The notes below the pieces were generated by a model. That model saw only the letters and a program-made list of their open reading frames with translations, made no database searches and was not told the DNA's origin. Below are positions 52,555-61,828 of a stretch of DNA of 64,000 nt, piece by piece; positions within the stretch are counted from its first letter, which is position 1; each line of letters opens with the position of its first letter. The stretch is from assembly GCF_988243305.1 (NCBI RefSeq), contig NZ_OZ547136.1, one strand, 5' to 3'. Made by a program: the position numbers and the translations under genes.

Positions 52555-52889
52555 TTTTCCGCGCCCTCACGACAAAGAATTTCAAGGCGTGTCCTGGCGG
52601 CATCCGGCAACGGTTGCCCGATGATATTCAGTACACGCCCCGCCAGCGGCCCTGTATTGACCTTTATCCGACTGGTGGCGTTGATGTCCTTCCGGTAGCG
52701 TATCCATATCCTTACCGTTCCAGTCGCCAGCTCTGCACCTGATGAAATGGCCTCCTTGCTGCTGATCATGTTCACGCTTGCCCAGAGTGTGTGACCGTCC
52801 ACCCACGTTTCGAGTATTTCGCCGGTTATATCCCTGGTCTGTTTCAGGGTCTGAATCGTTACCCTGTCACGCAGTCGCCCTATGTTCAT
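52551..52889 (-). CDS. Head closure / head-tail adaptor protein
   Basis: MNIGRLRDRVTIQTLKQTRDITGEILETWVDGHTLWASVNMISSKEAISSG...; start placed at Met overlapping portal stop. Confidence 0.55.
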   Translation of the reverse strand: MNIGRLRDRVTIQTLKQTRDITGEILETWVDGHTLWASVNMISSKEAISSGAELATGTVRIWIRYRKDINATSRIKVNTGPLAGRVLNIIGQPLPDAARTRLEILCREGAEK

Positions 52890-54097
52890 TCCGGTTTTTC
52901 TCCCTCGCTGATTTTTACTTCCTGTTTCCATGCCTGGCTGAACTCATCACCACCATCACGCGGGGACAGCCCTTCACGTTCGCGGGCTTCGTTCGGGCAC
53001 ATAACGCCGGATTTGATGCCGCGTTCATAGGTGGCAAAGCGTTCGCCAGGTGTGGCCCGTAACAGGTCCGCGCTGTCAAACTCCACCTGATACCGGATAC
53101 CAGGTACAGGCGAGGCCACCAGCAGGGCGTTTTTTATCTGCTGCTCAAAGTTCGCCAGCCACGGGCGCATCGTCATGGTGAGAAATGCGCGGCTTGCCTC
53201 GCTGAAGTTGCTGTAGGTGCTGTTGCTGTATTCCTGCAAAAAAATCGGCGAGACGTTGAACATTCGGGCGATGTCTTCAATGGTGAAGCGACGGGAGGCC
53301 AGCCATTCGGCATCCTGATTACTCATGCCCAGCTGCTGATAGCTCATCCCCCCTTCAAGGATGGGCGTTTTTCCGGCGTTTCTGGCCCCTTTGTAGCGTT
53401 CCAGTGCGGCTAATGCCTGTTTGCCCTTCACGCCGTCCAGCCATTCGCCTGACGTGATAACCCCTGCCGCCATCATGCCATCACGCATCACGCTCGCGCC
53501 GTGGCGTTGTTGGGCCAGCCCAAGCCCCAGCGATTCGCGGCAGATGGTTACAGGTGAGCGCCCCATAAAACCGTCATCCGTGGAGTAACGAAGGTGGAGA
53601 ACCTCCCACGGTAAATAGTTGCGGGTGTTTCCGGTGTAGGCGTCAGTGATGCAGTAGCGCCAGTTATGATCACCTGTCTGCTCCACGTTCACCGACTGCG
53701 GCGGGTAAGGATGTAAAGCCACCGGAAAACCATCACGCCCCCACTGAATCACCGCATAAGCATTACCGTTTAACAGGCAGTGGCGGATCATCATTCGCTT
53801 AAACTGGTAGGGAGTCTGCCACGCGTTCGGGCGCTCGTTGAGGATGTGATCGACCGGATGAGAATCAAGCCACTCGCGGGCCTCCTTCCCCTTCTCATTG
53901 CGTACCAGGTACAGGTAACACGGCATGGTAGCCACCGCCTCAGAGATGACCGTCACGGCGTTCATGACGGCGGGCAGTGATTCCGCTGTCCCCGATGATA
54001 CGTACTCACCCGCCCCCGTGTTCGATGTGCCAGCCAGCGCCATAAACTCATCAAGCGTCATGCTGCGCTGCTCTTTTTTTCTTCTGAAAGGCCACAT
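52886..54097 (-). CDS. Portal protein (HK97 family)
   Basis: 403-aa ORF of typical portal size in a terminase/portal/protease/capsid cluster. Confidence 0.8.
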   Translation of the reverse strand: MWPFRRKKEQRSMTLDEFMALAGTSNTGAGEYVSSGTAESLPAVMNAVTVISEAVATMPCYLYLVRNEKGKEAREWLDSHPVDHILNERPNAWQTPYQFKRMMIRHCLLNGNAYAVIQWGRDGFPVALHPYPPQSVNVEQTGDHNWRYCITDAYTGNTRNYLPWEVLHLRYSTDDGFMGRSPVTICRESLGLGLAQQRHGASVMRDGMMAAGVITSGEWLDGVKGKQALAALERYKGARNAGKTPILEGGMSYQQLGMSNQDAEWLASRRFTIEDIARMFNVSPIFLQEYSNSTYSNFSEASRAFLTMTMRPWLANFEQQIKNALLVASPVPGIRYQVEFDSADLLRATPGERFATYERGIKSGVMCPNEAREREGLSPRDGGDEFSQAWKQEVKISEGEKPE

Positions 54098-54098
54098 A

Positions 54099-54671
54099 TC
54101 ACACCCCCGCTAAATCCACCCACCAGCGGCGATTATCCGCACGCGGCATTTTTTCGGGGTGCTGCTCATACAGGGAACGGCGGGCCAGCTCCACGCCGGA
54201 ATCGGGGTAAGCCGGTACCGATGTAACGGTAATTTCGTACAGTTCCGCCACCAGCACGGTGCGCACGCATGGATCTGTTGTGGTATCCCATACATCCTTA
54301 CGGGAGCGAAAGCCAAAGCTCATCCCCGAGATGTCCCCACGCTTAACCAGTTCGATAACGTCGCGCCCTGTACTGGTATCCGGTGGGGTCAGTTCAAAGC
54401 GTAACCCTGTTTCGTCCTCTTCCAGTTTCAGCGTGCCGGAACGGGTGCGCCCCAGTAACATGCTGTGGTCATGCTCATACAGGCCGCGAACGTCATTACC
54501 CGCCGCAAGCCACTCAGTAAACGCCCCCCGCTGGAATTTTTCGTAAAACTCCCCCCATAGCAGTTCTGAAAGCTTATCCCAGCGAACAACGTAGCCCGTC
54601 AGCGTACCGGCTCCGCTGGTAGTGATTTCCGATGACCGGATTTCCATACTCTTCATAATTTTTTCACCCAT
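54099..54671 (-). CDS. Prohead maturation protease (HK97 family)
   Basis: 190-aa ORF between capsid and portal genes. Confidence 0.7.
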   Translation of the reverse strand: MGEKIMKSMEIRSSEITTSGAGTLTGYVVRWDKLSELLWGEFYEKFQRGAFTEWLAAGNDVRGLYEHDHSMLLGRTRSGTLKLEEDETGLRFELTPPDTSTGRDVIELVKRGDISGMSFGFRSRKDVWDTTTDPCVRTVLVAELYEITVTSVPAYPDSGVELARRSLYEQHPEKMPRADNRRWWVDLAGV

Positions 54672-54710
54672 AAAACACTAAAGGGGCTTTTAAGCCCCTT
54701 CTGTATGCTG

Positions 54711-55868
54711 TTAATCGTCGTCCTGTGGCAGTTCCAGAATCTTGATCGCGTTCGAATCCACCACGCCACCGCCTAAATATTTCTGCGTGAAAATTTTGAT
54801 GAAGCCCGGCTCTGTGAGGTTGTCCGGTCTGGTGCGAACACCTGTTTCGTGATCAACAATGTAGTAACCGCGTTTGAAGTCACCCAGGGCAATAACGTTA
54901 TCCGGCATAAACTCCAGATATTCGACCGGAAGGCCCAGTAACGTATCAGGATCACCCGCCTGTAAACGGTCGCGCCAGATGTAATCACCGTTCGCGTTCT
55001 TCACCTTCTGAAGTTTTGCCGCCGTCGTGGAGTTAACCACCCAGACCGCGTTTTTGCGGTATTTTTTACGTAATGCAAATTTCAGGTCGATCAGCGGGTC
55101 CGCAGATGTCCACGCCAGAGATTCGGAAGGTTTAATTACCTGCAACGTACCAAAATCACGCTCTTTGTCGTTCTTCTCTGCACGGGGTACGGATAAAAAA
55201 CCTTTTGCTTTTTTGTCACCGTCGCCCACAACCAGATCGCTTTCTTCGGTTTCCGTGAAGGTGTCGCCAATCTCGCCCGTCAGCCATGAAAGGATGTCCA
55301 CATCGGAAAAATCCACGATTTCCTGTGTGGTGCGCGGGTACGCATAGACCGGATACAGCTTAATGCTCACCTCGTTAATCTGCGGGGTGCTGGTCTGTTC
55401 GCGTGTCTTACCCTCTTCACCGTGGTTAACGGTCGCACCGCCAGCGGAAACAAGCTGCTTAAACTCGTTGCTGCTGATTTTCTTCACGGTACAGATGCGG
55501 CGCATGGTGGACTCATCCGCCAGCATTCGCATGATTTCGGTGTTCAGTTCGGGGATAACGGTATAACCACCATCAGCGGGAACGCCTGTACTTAATGCGC
55601 GGGTTTCACCTGTCAGAATGTAGTTGCGTAGTTCTGCGGGGTCAGTGGTCTGGCTGCTTTTACCTGGCTTGCTGCGCTCTTCGTCTGCAATGGCTTCAAG
55701 GCGGGAAATGTCTTTATCGAGGGATTCAGCTTTAGCGCGTAATTCGTCAAATTTTGCGCCCTCAGCATCGTTAAGACTGCGGTTTTCTTTTTCCGCGTTC
55801 TCCAGCATGTCGCGCATCTGATTTTTAATGGCGGTTTTCTGCTGGCGTAATTCGATTATTCTCGGCAT
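54711..55868 (-). CDS. Major capsid protein (HK97 fold) with N-terminal coiled-coil delta/scaffold region
   Basis: MPRIIELRQQKTAIKNQMRDMLENAEKENRSLNDAEGAKFDELRAKAESLDKDISRLEAIADEE... then capsid domain; track ORF starts 15 codons upstream at a TTG. Confidence 0.8.
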   Translation of the reverse strand: MPRIIELRQQKTAIKNQMRDMLENAEKENRSLNDAEGAKFDELRAKAESLDKDISRLEAIADEERSKPGKSSQTTDPAELRNYILTGETRALSTGVPADGGYTVIPELNTEIMRMLADESTMRRICTVKKISSNEFKQLVSAGGATVNHGEEGKTREQTSTPQINEVSIKLYPVYAYPRTTQEIVDFSDVDILSWLTGEIGDTFTETEESDLVVGDGDKKAKGFLSVPRAEKNDKERDFGTLQVIKPSESLAWTSADPLIDLKFALRKKYRKNAVWVVNSTTAAKLQKVKNANGDYIWRDRLQAGDPDTLLGLPVEYLEFMPDNVIALGDFKRGYYIVDHETGVRTRPDNLTEPGFIKIFTQKYLGGGVVDSNAIKILELPQDDD

Positions 55869-56120
55869 AAAAAAAAGTCCTGGGGTTAAGTAAGGAACTC
55901 CAGGACGCGGCAAACACTCAACCGTTTTTCATAAGGAAATCAGCAATCGCACCGATCGTTTTCCCGCCTGGTAATGAATATTGGCGAGCACATTAACAGG
56001 CGGGAAAGTGGCCCCAGCGTCCTGGCACCACGGGCGAGAATAATCATGATTCAGTTCGGGTAAAATATGCCGATCCGCTCAGTGAACAACGTGGAACAAC
56101 CACGAACAAATAATTTACAA

Positions 56121-56150
56121 AAAATAACAAAAAGCCGGATTGCTCCGGCT
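56121..56150 (-). terminator. Rho-independent terminator
   Basis: Hairpin agccgga-ttgc-tccggct followed on minus strand by TTTTGTTATTTT. Confidence 0.6.
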
Positions 56151-56169
56151 GTATGTGCTGTATGGGTGC

Positions 56170-56394
56170 TCAGTCTCTGATCCCTTTCAGAAATTCTATC
56201 AATGCATCTGTCTGTTCAGGATTTACTGCCAGCATTTCACCGGATAGCGCGCAACGAACAAAACCATGATGATCCTTTTCAATCAGTGCGCCCGTCTCCA
56301 GGAATGCGCGGTAATCATTGATGCTCATCGTCTCCATGTTGTCAGCATGGTATTTATCACGCTGTTTTAATATCTCATCAAATTTCATCGGCAT
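56170..56394 (-). CDS. Small hypothetical protein (start at internal ATG)
   Basis: MPMKFDEILKQRDKYHADNMETMSINDYRAFLETGALIEKDHHGFVRCALSGEMLAVNPEQTDALIEFLKGIRD. Confidence 0.45.
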   Translation of the reverse strand: MPMKFDEILKQRDKYHADNMETMSINDYRAFLETGALIEKDHHGFVRCALSGEMLAVNPEQTDALIEFLKGIRD

Positions 56395-56489
56395 TGTTTT
56401 TTCCTCTGTTGTGTCTGTTTGTTTCAGATAGTAACTATGCCTGACCGTGACGAAAACCCGGTAATGCGCCATACCGTTTCAACTGGTGC

Positions 56490-56513
56490 AAAAAAAGCCG
56501 GATTTCTCCGGCT
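56490..56513 (-). terminator. Rho-independent terminator
   Basis: Hairpin agccgga-tttc-tccggct preceded on plus strand by AAAAAA (T-run on minus). Confidence 0.6.
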
Positions 56514-56563
56514 GTGTGATTAGCTGTCCTGGTAATTGCGCCATATTTCATCACCAGCACCAT

Positions 56564-56791
56564 CTATCCCCATTTCGGCATAAGTGCGATCGACTGCCTT
56601 TTCAGGTCTCCGTAATTATCCGGTGGCTCCGGTGGCCTCTGTGCCTTCCTGGAACATTCCAGCCGTCGCATCGTGATGTGATGCCGTTCCTTGTCTGTCT
56701 CCACCAGCAGCATGACTTCACCCCATCGCGCCGACGCCCTCCGGTAAAATCCTTTAGCCTCGAGTTCCTCCGCTATGCGGTCATGTACCAT
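56564..56791 (-). CDS. PerC-family-like transcriptional regulator (start uncertain)
   Basis: ...AEELEAKGFYRRASARWGEVMLLVETDKERHHITMRRLECSRKAQ... resembles PerC; track ORF overlaps the SSB gene so a downstream start is assumed. Confidence 0.4.
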   Translation of the reverse strand: MVHDRIAEELEAKGFYRRASARWGEVMLLVETDKERHHITMRRLECSRKAQRPPEPPDNYGDLKRQSIALMPKWG

Positions 56792-56801
56792 CCTCACCCC
56801 C

Positions 56802-57212
56802 TCAGAACGGAATACCGTCACCGTAAGGGTCATCGCCTCCCGCTGGTGGCTGATTACCCTGTGTGCCTGTGGTTTTGCGTCTGTTCCCGCCAGGACGTGC
56901 CGCACGGGCACTGATTACGCTGTCTGCAATAACCTGCCAGCCCTGCCGCGTTTCTCCGTTCTGTCCGGTCCACTGGCTTACCTGCATCGTGCCGGATACG
57001 CTGGCAACATCGCCTTTTTGATGTTTAGCCAGGAAGTCGGCCTGTTTGCCAAATGCGATGACCGATAACCATAACGTCGCCTGTCCGTCCTGTGCCTGGC
57101 TGCATGGCAAAGATACCGCCATACGCGCCAGCGTCATCGGTGTGCCCTTGCTGGTCTGTTTTACCTGCGGGTCGTCCACCAGCCGCCCGTAAGCGGCTAT
57201 CTGTGCCGTCAT
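56802..57212 (-). CDS. Single-stranded DNA-binding protein (phage type)
   Basis: 136-aa ORF with OB-fold-like N-terminus, Gly/Gln/Pro-rich linker and acidic C-terminal tail DDPYGDGIPF. Confidence 0.7.
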   Translation of the reverse strand: MTAQIAAYGRLVDDPQVKQTSKGTPMTLARMAVSLPCSQAQDGQATLWLSVIAFGKQADFLAKHQKGDVASVSGTMQVSQWTGQNGETRQGWQVIADSVISARAARPGGNRRKTTGTQGNQPPAGGDDPYGDGIPF

Positions 57213-57409
57213 AATTCCACCTCTCCGGTTTTAACGTTGATGGTTGTTACCTGTTCCGCTTCGGCAATCTCCCGTTCTGTCAGCGTGGCAAAGTTTGCCG
57301 CCGCCGTGGTCATGAATGCGCTTATCAGGTCGGGATGTTCCTTCGCGTATCCTTCCCGCGTGTGGCGGTCTATCGTTCTGATTGCCACCTTTAAAGCGTG
57401 CTCAGTCAT
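57209..57409 (-). CDS. Small hypothetical protein (start at internal ATG to avoid the iteron region)
   Basis: MTEHALKVAIRTIDRHTREGYAKEHPDLISAFMTTAAANFATLTEREIAEAEQ... Confidence 0.35.
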   Translation of the reverse strand: MTEHALKVAIRTIDRHTREGYAKEHPDLISAFMTTAAANFATLTEREIAEAEQVTTINVKTGEVEL

Positions 57410-57469
57410 GTCTAACGCTTTATATTTTGGCTCTGTTCTGTCTCTGCGTTTTTGGGTCATTTCTCGCAA

Positions 57470-57665
57470 CCTCTCACTTTTTCGCCTCACTTTTTCAAGC
57501 GTCTCACTTCGTCGCAGTTGGGATTTTCGGTTTTTCTATGTGTGTGTTTCATAAGTATTTTTTTACCCCTCACTTTTGAGGATGTATACAGGTCGAAAAG
57601 TGAGGGAGAGCGGGCTAATTTTGGCCCTCTTTCTATCCCCCTCGCTTTTGCTCCTCACTTTTATA
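57470..57665. repeat. Island replication origin candidate: six or more CTCACTTTT iterons (one inverted) with an AT-rich stretch, directly downstream of the helicase gene
   Basis: cctctcactttttcgcctcactttttcaagcgtctcacttc...cccctcacttttgagg...cgaaaagtgaggg...ctcgcttttgctcctcactttta. Confidence 0.7.
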
Positions 57666-59061
57666 GCGGCGCTACATCATCCCCATCGATACGAATAACC
57701 CCATCTTTTTCCAGCTTGTACAGCCAGCGCCGGAAGTTTTTCATTTCATACCCCAGTTTTTTCATGTCATCACGTAACAGCGGGATCGTGCACTTGTCGC
57801 CGTTCTGTGTGCGTGAACGGATGCACCCCCATAGCGCGGTATGGTTTTCCGTCTTGTTCCCTGCCTCCTCGATGCGCTCCAGTTCAACAGGAGGGCGCGG
57901 ATCATCCACCACTACCAGCGACGTGATTAATTCACCGTCAGCGTCGGTAAAAAGCTCCACCACGCGTAAGTCATATGCGGCTTCTTTGAGTTCCTCCGCG
58001 TCCTTCATTTTGGTGCATGAGATAACCAGCGCTTCGCTTCCTGCGTCCTCCCTGCGTATCCGGTATTCAGCATCCAGCGAAGCACGAAATGCACTGGAAC
58101 CGCGCGCGCCTTTCGTCTCATCCTTGCCGGAATGGTGAACCACCAGCACCGTGGCCCCTGTGCGTCGTTTCAGTTCGTCACAACCACGGATAAACGCCCC
58201 CATATCACGGGAATCATTTTCATCATTCCCACCAAAGCAACGCGCCAGCGTATCCAGAATAATCATGCGTACAGGTTTACCCGTTTCCCGCTCCACCTGA
58301 CGGGCAGCGATAACCATTTCATCAACATCAAGCGGGGCAGCCGGAAAGATGGGGCGGTTTACCAGATACAGATTTTTCACCTGCTCATCGTGCACAACCT
58401 CCCAGGCTTTTACACGACGCGGAACACCTATACCGCCTTCACCAACCACATAGAGAACCGCACCATGTGCAACCCTGCGGCCTCCCCACTGGCGACCAGT
58501 GGCAACATGGCACGCCCACGATCCGGCAAGGAATGATTTATAGGACCCGCTAGCCCCGTATATGCTGCATAGCGATACCGCCGGAATAATCCCCTTAACC
58601 ACGTAATCCAGTTGCGTGTCGTATCCGGTAGATCCAACGCTCATCGGTAGCGTGGTTTTTCGCTGGTGGTTTTTTTCTTCCACCGGCTCTTTCCCGCGCA
58701 CCCGTTCCAGGTATTCGCGCCAGTTCTCCCGCATATGGCTGTGCATCCCTTCGGGGTAATAATTCGCATCAGTTACACCCGCCGCCGCCAGCTTGTGCGC
58801 AATGGCATTAATATTTGATGGCCTGATGTGGCCTGCCTTGTACAGCCGGACACAATAGCGCCCCTCGTCGATGATTCTCAGGTCTGCCAGTTCATCCAGT
58901 TGATCATCAGCCAGCACAACGGGAGGCACATTATCGCCAGCCAGTCGCCCGTCCTGTTCCTGCCACTGTTTCGCATGTGCCCAGGCATCACTACCCGCAA
59001 AAATAATGACTTCGGTCATCTTGTCGTAAGGCTGTTTTTTTAAGTTCGGTGCGCTTTTCAT
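57661..59061 (-). CDS. Replication initiator / helicase-like RecA-fold ATPase (RepA/DnaB-like)
   Basis: 466-aa ORF with Walker A GASGSYKS and RecA-like C-terminal domain; followed by iterons. Confidence 0.65.
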   Translation of the reverse strand: MKSAPNLKKQPYDKMTEVIIFAGSDAWAHAKQWQEQDGRLAGDNVPPVVLADDQLDELADLRIIDEGRYCVRLYKAGHIRPSNINAIAHKLAAAGVTDANYYPEGMHSHMRENWREYLERVRGKEPVEEKNHQRKTTLPMSVGSTGYDTQLDYVVKGIIPAVSLCSIYGASGSYKSFLAGSWACHVATGRQWGGRRVAHGAVLYVVGEGGIGVPRRVKAWEVVHDEQVKNLYLVNRPIFPAAPLDVDEMVIAARQVERETGKPVRMIILDTLARCFGGNDENDSRDMGAFIRGCDELKRRTGATVLVVHHSGKDETKGARGSSAFRASLDAEYRIRREDAGSEALVISCTKMKDAEELKEAAYDLRVVELFTDADGELITSLVVVDDPRPPVELERIEEAGNKTENHTALWGCIRSRTQNGDKCTIPLLRDDMKKLGYEMKNFRRWLYKLEKDGVIRIDGDDVAPL

Positions 59062-59357
59062 TTCTTGCCCCTGAATCCGTTAATCATGGTTTTCAGCTTC
59101 TGGATGTTTGCCCGTGCCCTGGCGTTGCTGGTGGGCACGTTATGCGGCGCGGTCTGTACCAGAGAAAAATCACGCCGGAACTGATAAACAGGCATCACGC
59201 AATCATATTCGTAACCTTCACGGCGGTAGGTTACGCGCCGTTCTTCCACGCCCTTAATCATTACCGTGCCGCCGTACTGGTCGCGGTAAATATCACCGCG
59301 CGTAAATTTAGGGTGAGTGTTGCCACTGGCAGTTAAGCCAGAATATTTAAGTTTCAT
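59058..59357 (-). CDS. Hypothetical protein
   Basis: 99-aa ORF translationally coupled to helicase gene. Confidence 0.4.
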   Translation of the reverse strand: MKLKYSGLTASGNTHPKFTRGDIYRDQYGGTVMIKGVEERRVTYRREGYEYDCVMPVYQFRRDFSLVQTAPHNVPTSNARARANIQKLKTMINGFRGKK

Positions 59358-59362
59358 TATTT

Positions 59363-59596
59363 TTATTCTCCGGTGTGCTGTTCTTTATATCTGTCGTGCA
59401 ATAGATCTATTTCTTGCAGTTCCATTATTACAGGCTCAAGAAGCGTTATTAATGCCGTGGCAATTCTTGATTTTTGTTTGTCGCGTTCATTGTCGCCAAG
59501 TGTTTCAAGCCATATGCGCAATATTTCCAGCATGTTTTCACTGTGAGAAAGTGCAAGAAATACGCGGTCTATTGTTTCGTGGTAAATATCACGCAT
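59363..59596 (-). CDS. Hypothetical protein
   Basis: 77-aa ORF in same-strand small-gene array. Confidence 0.4.
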   Translation of the reverse strand: MRDIYHETIDRVFLALSHSENMLEILRIWLETLGDNERDKQKSRIATALITLLEPVIMELQEIDLLHDRYKEQHTGE

Positions 59597-59597
59597 A

Positions 59598-59819
59598 TTA
59601 ATCCCCGTCCGTCGTTTTTCTTAAAATAACCTCTGTCACGAAATCAGCATAATCGGCGGCGATATTCAGTACATCAAGCCCCGTTGATTTATATTCTCTC
59701 GTGGAAAGTAAGAAAAAAGCCGCTCTAATAAGTTCTGGCATTGACGAAAGCGCATCAGCCGCATCATCAGGAACGCCGGAAAATTCCTGTTTCAGGGAAT
59801 TAAAACGATCATCACGCAT
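59598..59819 (-). CDS. Hypothetical protein
   Basis: 73-aa ORF in same-strand small-gene array. Confidence 0.4.
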   Translation of the reverse strand: MRDDRFNSLKQEFSGVPDDAADALSSMPELIRAAFFLLSTREYKSTGLDVLNIAADYADFVTEVILRKTTDGD

Positions 59820-60034
59820 AACCCCCCCCCATTTTCACAATCAGCAACAAGAATATTTTTAGCGTCATTCAGCGACCGCGTTGCGATGTATCGGATACAT
59901 TCCAGGGCGAACTGTGTCCGGTCTTTCTGTTCTTCTCCCTGCGCAAGCTCTGCAGTGCATTCAATATCGATAAGCGCGTGCATCAGCGTAGTGAGCGCGG
60001 CGGCTGCTGCGTCCGGTGTGGTTTTATTGCACAT
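59792..60034 (-). CDS. Hypothetical protein (start at internal Met)
   Basis: MCNKTTPDAAAAALTTLMHALIDIECTAELAQGEEQKDRTQFALECIRYIATRSLNDAKNILVADCENGGG... Confidence 0.35.
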   Translation of the reverse strand: MCNKTTPDAAAAALTTLMHALIDIECTAELAQGEEQKDRTQFALECIRYIATRSLNDAKNILVADCENGGGLCVMIVLIP

Positions 60035-60314
60035 GGCACACCTCCTGACGAATACGGGCGGCGAATACAGCAACACAACCGGACGGGCAACGGCTACGCG
60101 CTTCGCGTTCCGTCCAGGCGGTTACGTGGATGATTTGAGATTCTCCGGCACTTAGTGCCAGAAAACGCCACACAAAGGCCGTTTGTGTGTGTATAAGGCG
60201 TGGTATATGATTTACGGCAACCATAACGGCTCCTAGTTTACGTTGTTGGTTAGACGCCCCGTATGTGTTCCCAGCACTGCGGGGCGTTGATTTTTGTGTA
60301 ATGGCAAGTACAAT

Positions 60315-60358
60315 GGTAATTACCATGTAGGTATAGTAATGAAGGGTAATTACCATGT
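60315..60358. promoter_or_regulatory. Two copies of operator-like palindrome GGTAATTACCATGT, the second overlapping the RHH gene start codon
   Basis: caatGGTAATTACCATGTaggtatagtaatgaaggGGTAATTACCATGtca. Confidence 0.6.
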
Positions 60359-60528
60359 CAACACCATTAGAAAAACGTTCGCCTCCATACCAAATGCGAT
60401 TACCGGAAGACTTCAGAGCGCAGCTAGAAGAAGCAGCTAAGGCCGATGGCGACACATCTTTAGCCACTTGGATTAAACGCGTTCTCCGCAAAGAATTACA
60501 GCAACGCGGCATAGAGCCAAAAGGTTGA
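60355..60528 (+). CDS. Ribbon-helix-helix (Arc/CopG-like) DNA-binding protein
   Basis: 57-aa product MSTPLEKRSPPYQMRLPEDFRAQLEEAAKADGDTSLATWIKRVLRKELQQRGIEPKG; RHH-like beta-strand (MRLPEDF) then helices; too short for ORF track. Confidence 0.55.
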   Translation: MSTPLEKRSPPYQMRLPEDFRAQLEEAAKADGDTSLATWIKRVLRKELQQRGIEPKG

Positions 60529-60549
60529 ATTTCAGAAGGAGATAAAATA

Positions 60550-60702
60550 ATGAACTGGCTGTTACATACCCTCCCAGGTCGCATTCTCATTGCACTAATT
60601 ATTTTATGGATTTTGTACCAATTCGGTTTTTTCGATTCGCTTTGGAAGCCTGACTGTTCCGTTAACCCTGGCGATGTACTGAAAGGCTGTAAAAATGGCT
60701 GA
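60550..60702 (+). CDS. Small membrane protein (50 aa)
   Basis: MNWLLHTLPGRILIALIILWILYQFGFFDSLWKPDCSVNPGDVLKGCKNG; SD aggagat; followed by hairpin ccctctt/aagaggg terminator. Confidence 0.45.
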   Translation: MNWLLHTLPGRILIALIILWILYQFGFFDSLWKPDCSVNPGDVLKGCKNG

Positions 60703-61057
60703 TCAGGGTTACTCCCTGTAATGCCTTTAACTGGCCCTCTTAAAGAGGGTTGGTTATCTTCGCAGCTCTCTACGTTTTTCGTCGGAACCTCTGAACCTAA
60801 GCAGTGTTGATGTTCAGGAGAACCCGAATACTGTTCGTGTTCGTTGCTCGCCAATTCTCGCGTTTCGCGATAATCAAAATGATTCAATGGGTTGAGATGT
60901 CCGTACGTTAAACGTACGCGGTTAATTTGTACATGCGAATTTCGTCGGCTCAAATTCTGCGCAACCCTGCTTGAGTTATGCAAATAGCACGCGGCTAACT
61001 CACAAGGATTTGAGCGCCCCCAAACGGGGGAGCGCAAAATTTTAGGCATAAGACGCA

Positions 61058-61771
61058 TCAGCGAATCTCCAACACTGACGATGAAGTGATCAGGCTGGCG
61101 AACGCATCCATACGGCGGGCAACCTCACGCACCGCATCGCCTGGACTCATGTCATTACGCACCGCCTCATTAAAGGCCGCCTGTTCGATTTTCTGCATCA
61201 CTACCAACAGCCCCAATTGCTGTTCGTCTGCGGTACCGCGTTCACCATCAGACAAACCAGCCACGCGGTTTTCAGCGCGGGCCAGATTGATGTAATGGTG
61301 CCGTTGTGCGCCCAGAGCTTTTAATCTGTCGCGGCTTTCGTGATAGCCAGGCAGGTACTCACGGCGGATAGGTTCTGCGGCGCGGCGCTTAGTGAATGCC
61401 TTCGTAACATCCAGTTTGAACTGGTTAATACGCTCAGGATCACGCCCTCGGGTGATACGCAGCAGATAGTCGAGCTGCGGCTCATTCAGCAGATAACTAA
61501 TCTCAGGACGCCCACGCTTTCGGCCGGATTTTCCCGATTTCAAATCGGTTAATTCCTTGAGTGACTGACGAGGCAGTGATCCCAGCTCGCGCAATCTGCT
61601 CTGGTGCGATTTAATCGTCGCGCTTAAGCTTTCATGTTGTATTCCGGCTCGCTCTGAAATAACGCGGGAATCGATACGCGGCTCCGATTTGTGATTAATT
61701 AAAATATCGCTCTGGCTGGCTTCAGGGCGAACGAATCCCCGCCCACGTTCTGGCGTATATTCAATCTTCAT
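61058..61771 (-). CDS. Phage regulatory protein (Rha-family-like), assignment tentative
   Basis: 237-aa ORF; N-terminal ...ILINHKSEPRIDSRVISERAGIQHESLSATIKSHQSRL... resembles Rha-type regulators. Confidence 0.4.
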   Translation of the reverse strand: MKIEYTPERGRGFVRPEASQSDILINHKSEPRIDSRVISERAGIQHESLSATIKSHQSRLRELGSLPRQSLKELTDLKSGKSGRKRGRPEISYLLNEPQLDYLLRITRGRDPERINQFKLDVTKAFTKRRAAEPIRREYLPGYHESRDRLKALGAQRHHYINLARAENRVAGLSDGERGTADEQQLGLLVVMQKIEQAAFNEAVRNDMSPGDAVREVARRMDAFASLITSSSVLEIR

Positions 61772-61828
61772 GGTTATAGCTCTGTGTTCAGATGATTGAT
61801 GTGTGGCGGCTGCGTGCCGCCAGCGTGA

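Noticed and set aside
57452-58138. 228-aa plus-strand ORF
   Set aside because: Antisense to the helicase-like ATPase gene and spans the iteron origin; Ser-rich, no start context. Chance frame.
60024-61058. 344-aa minus-strand ORF in the island
   Set aside because: Low-complexity, Ser/Pro/Cys-rich translation; it lies antisense across the plus-strand RHH gene, the small membrane-protein gene, their operator palindromes and terminator hairpins. Judged a chance open frame.
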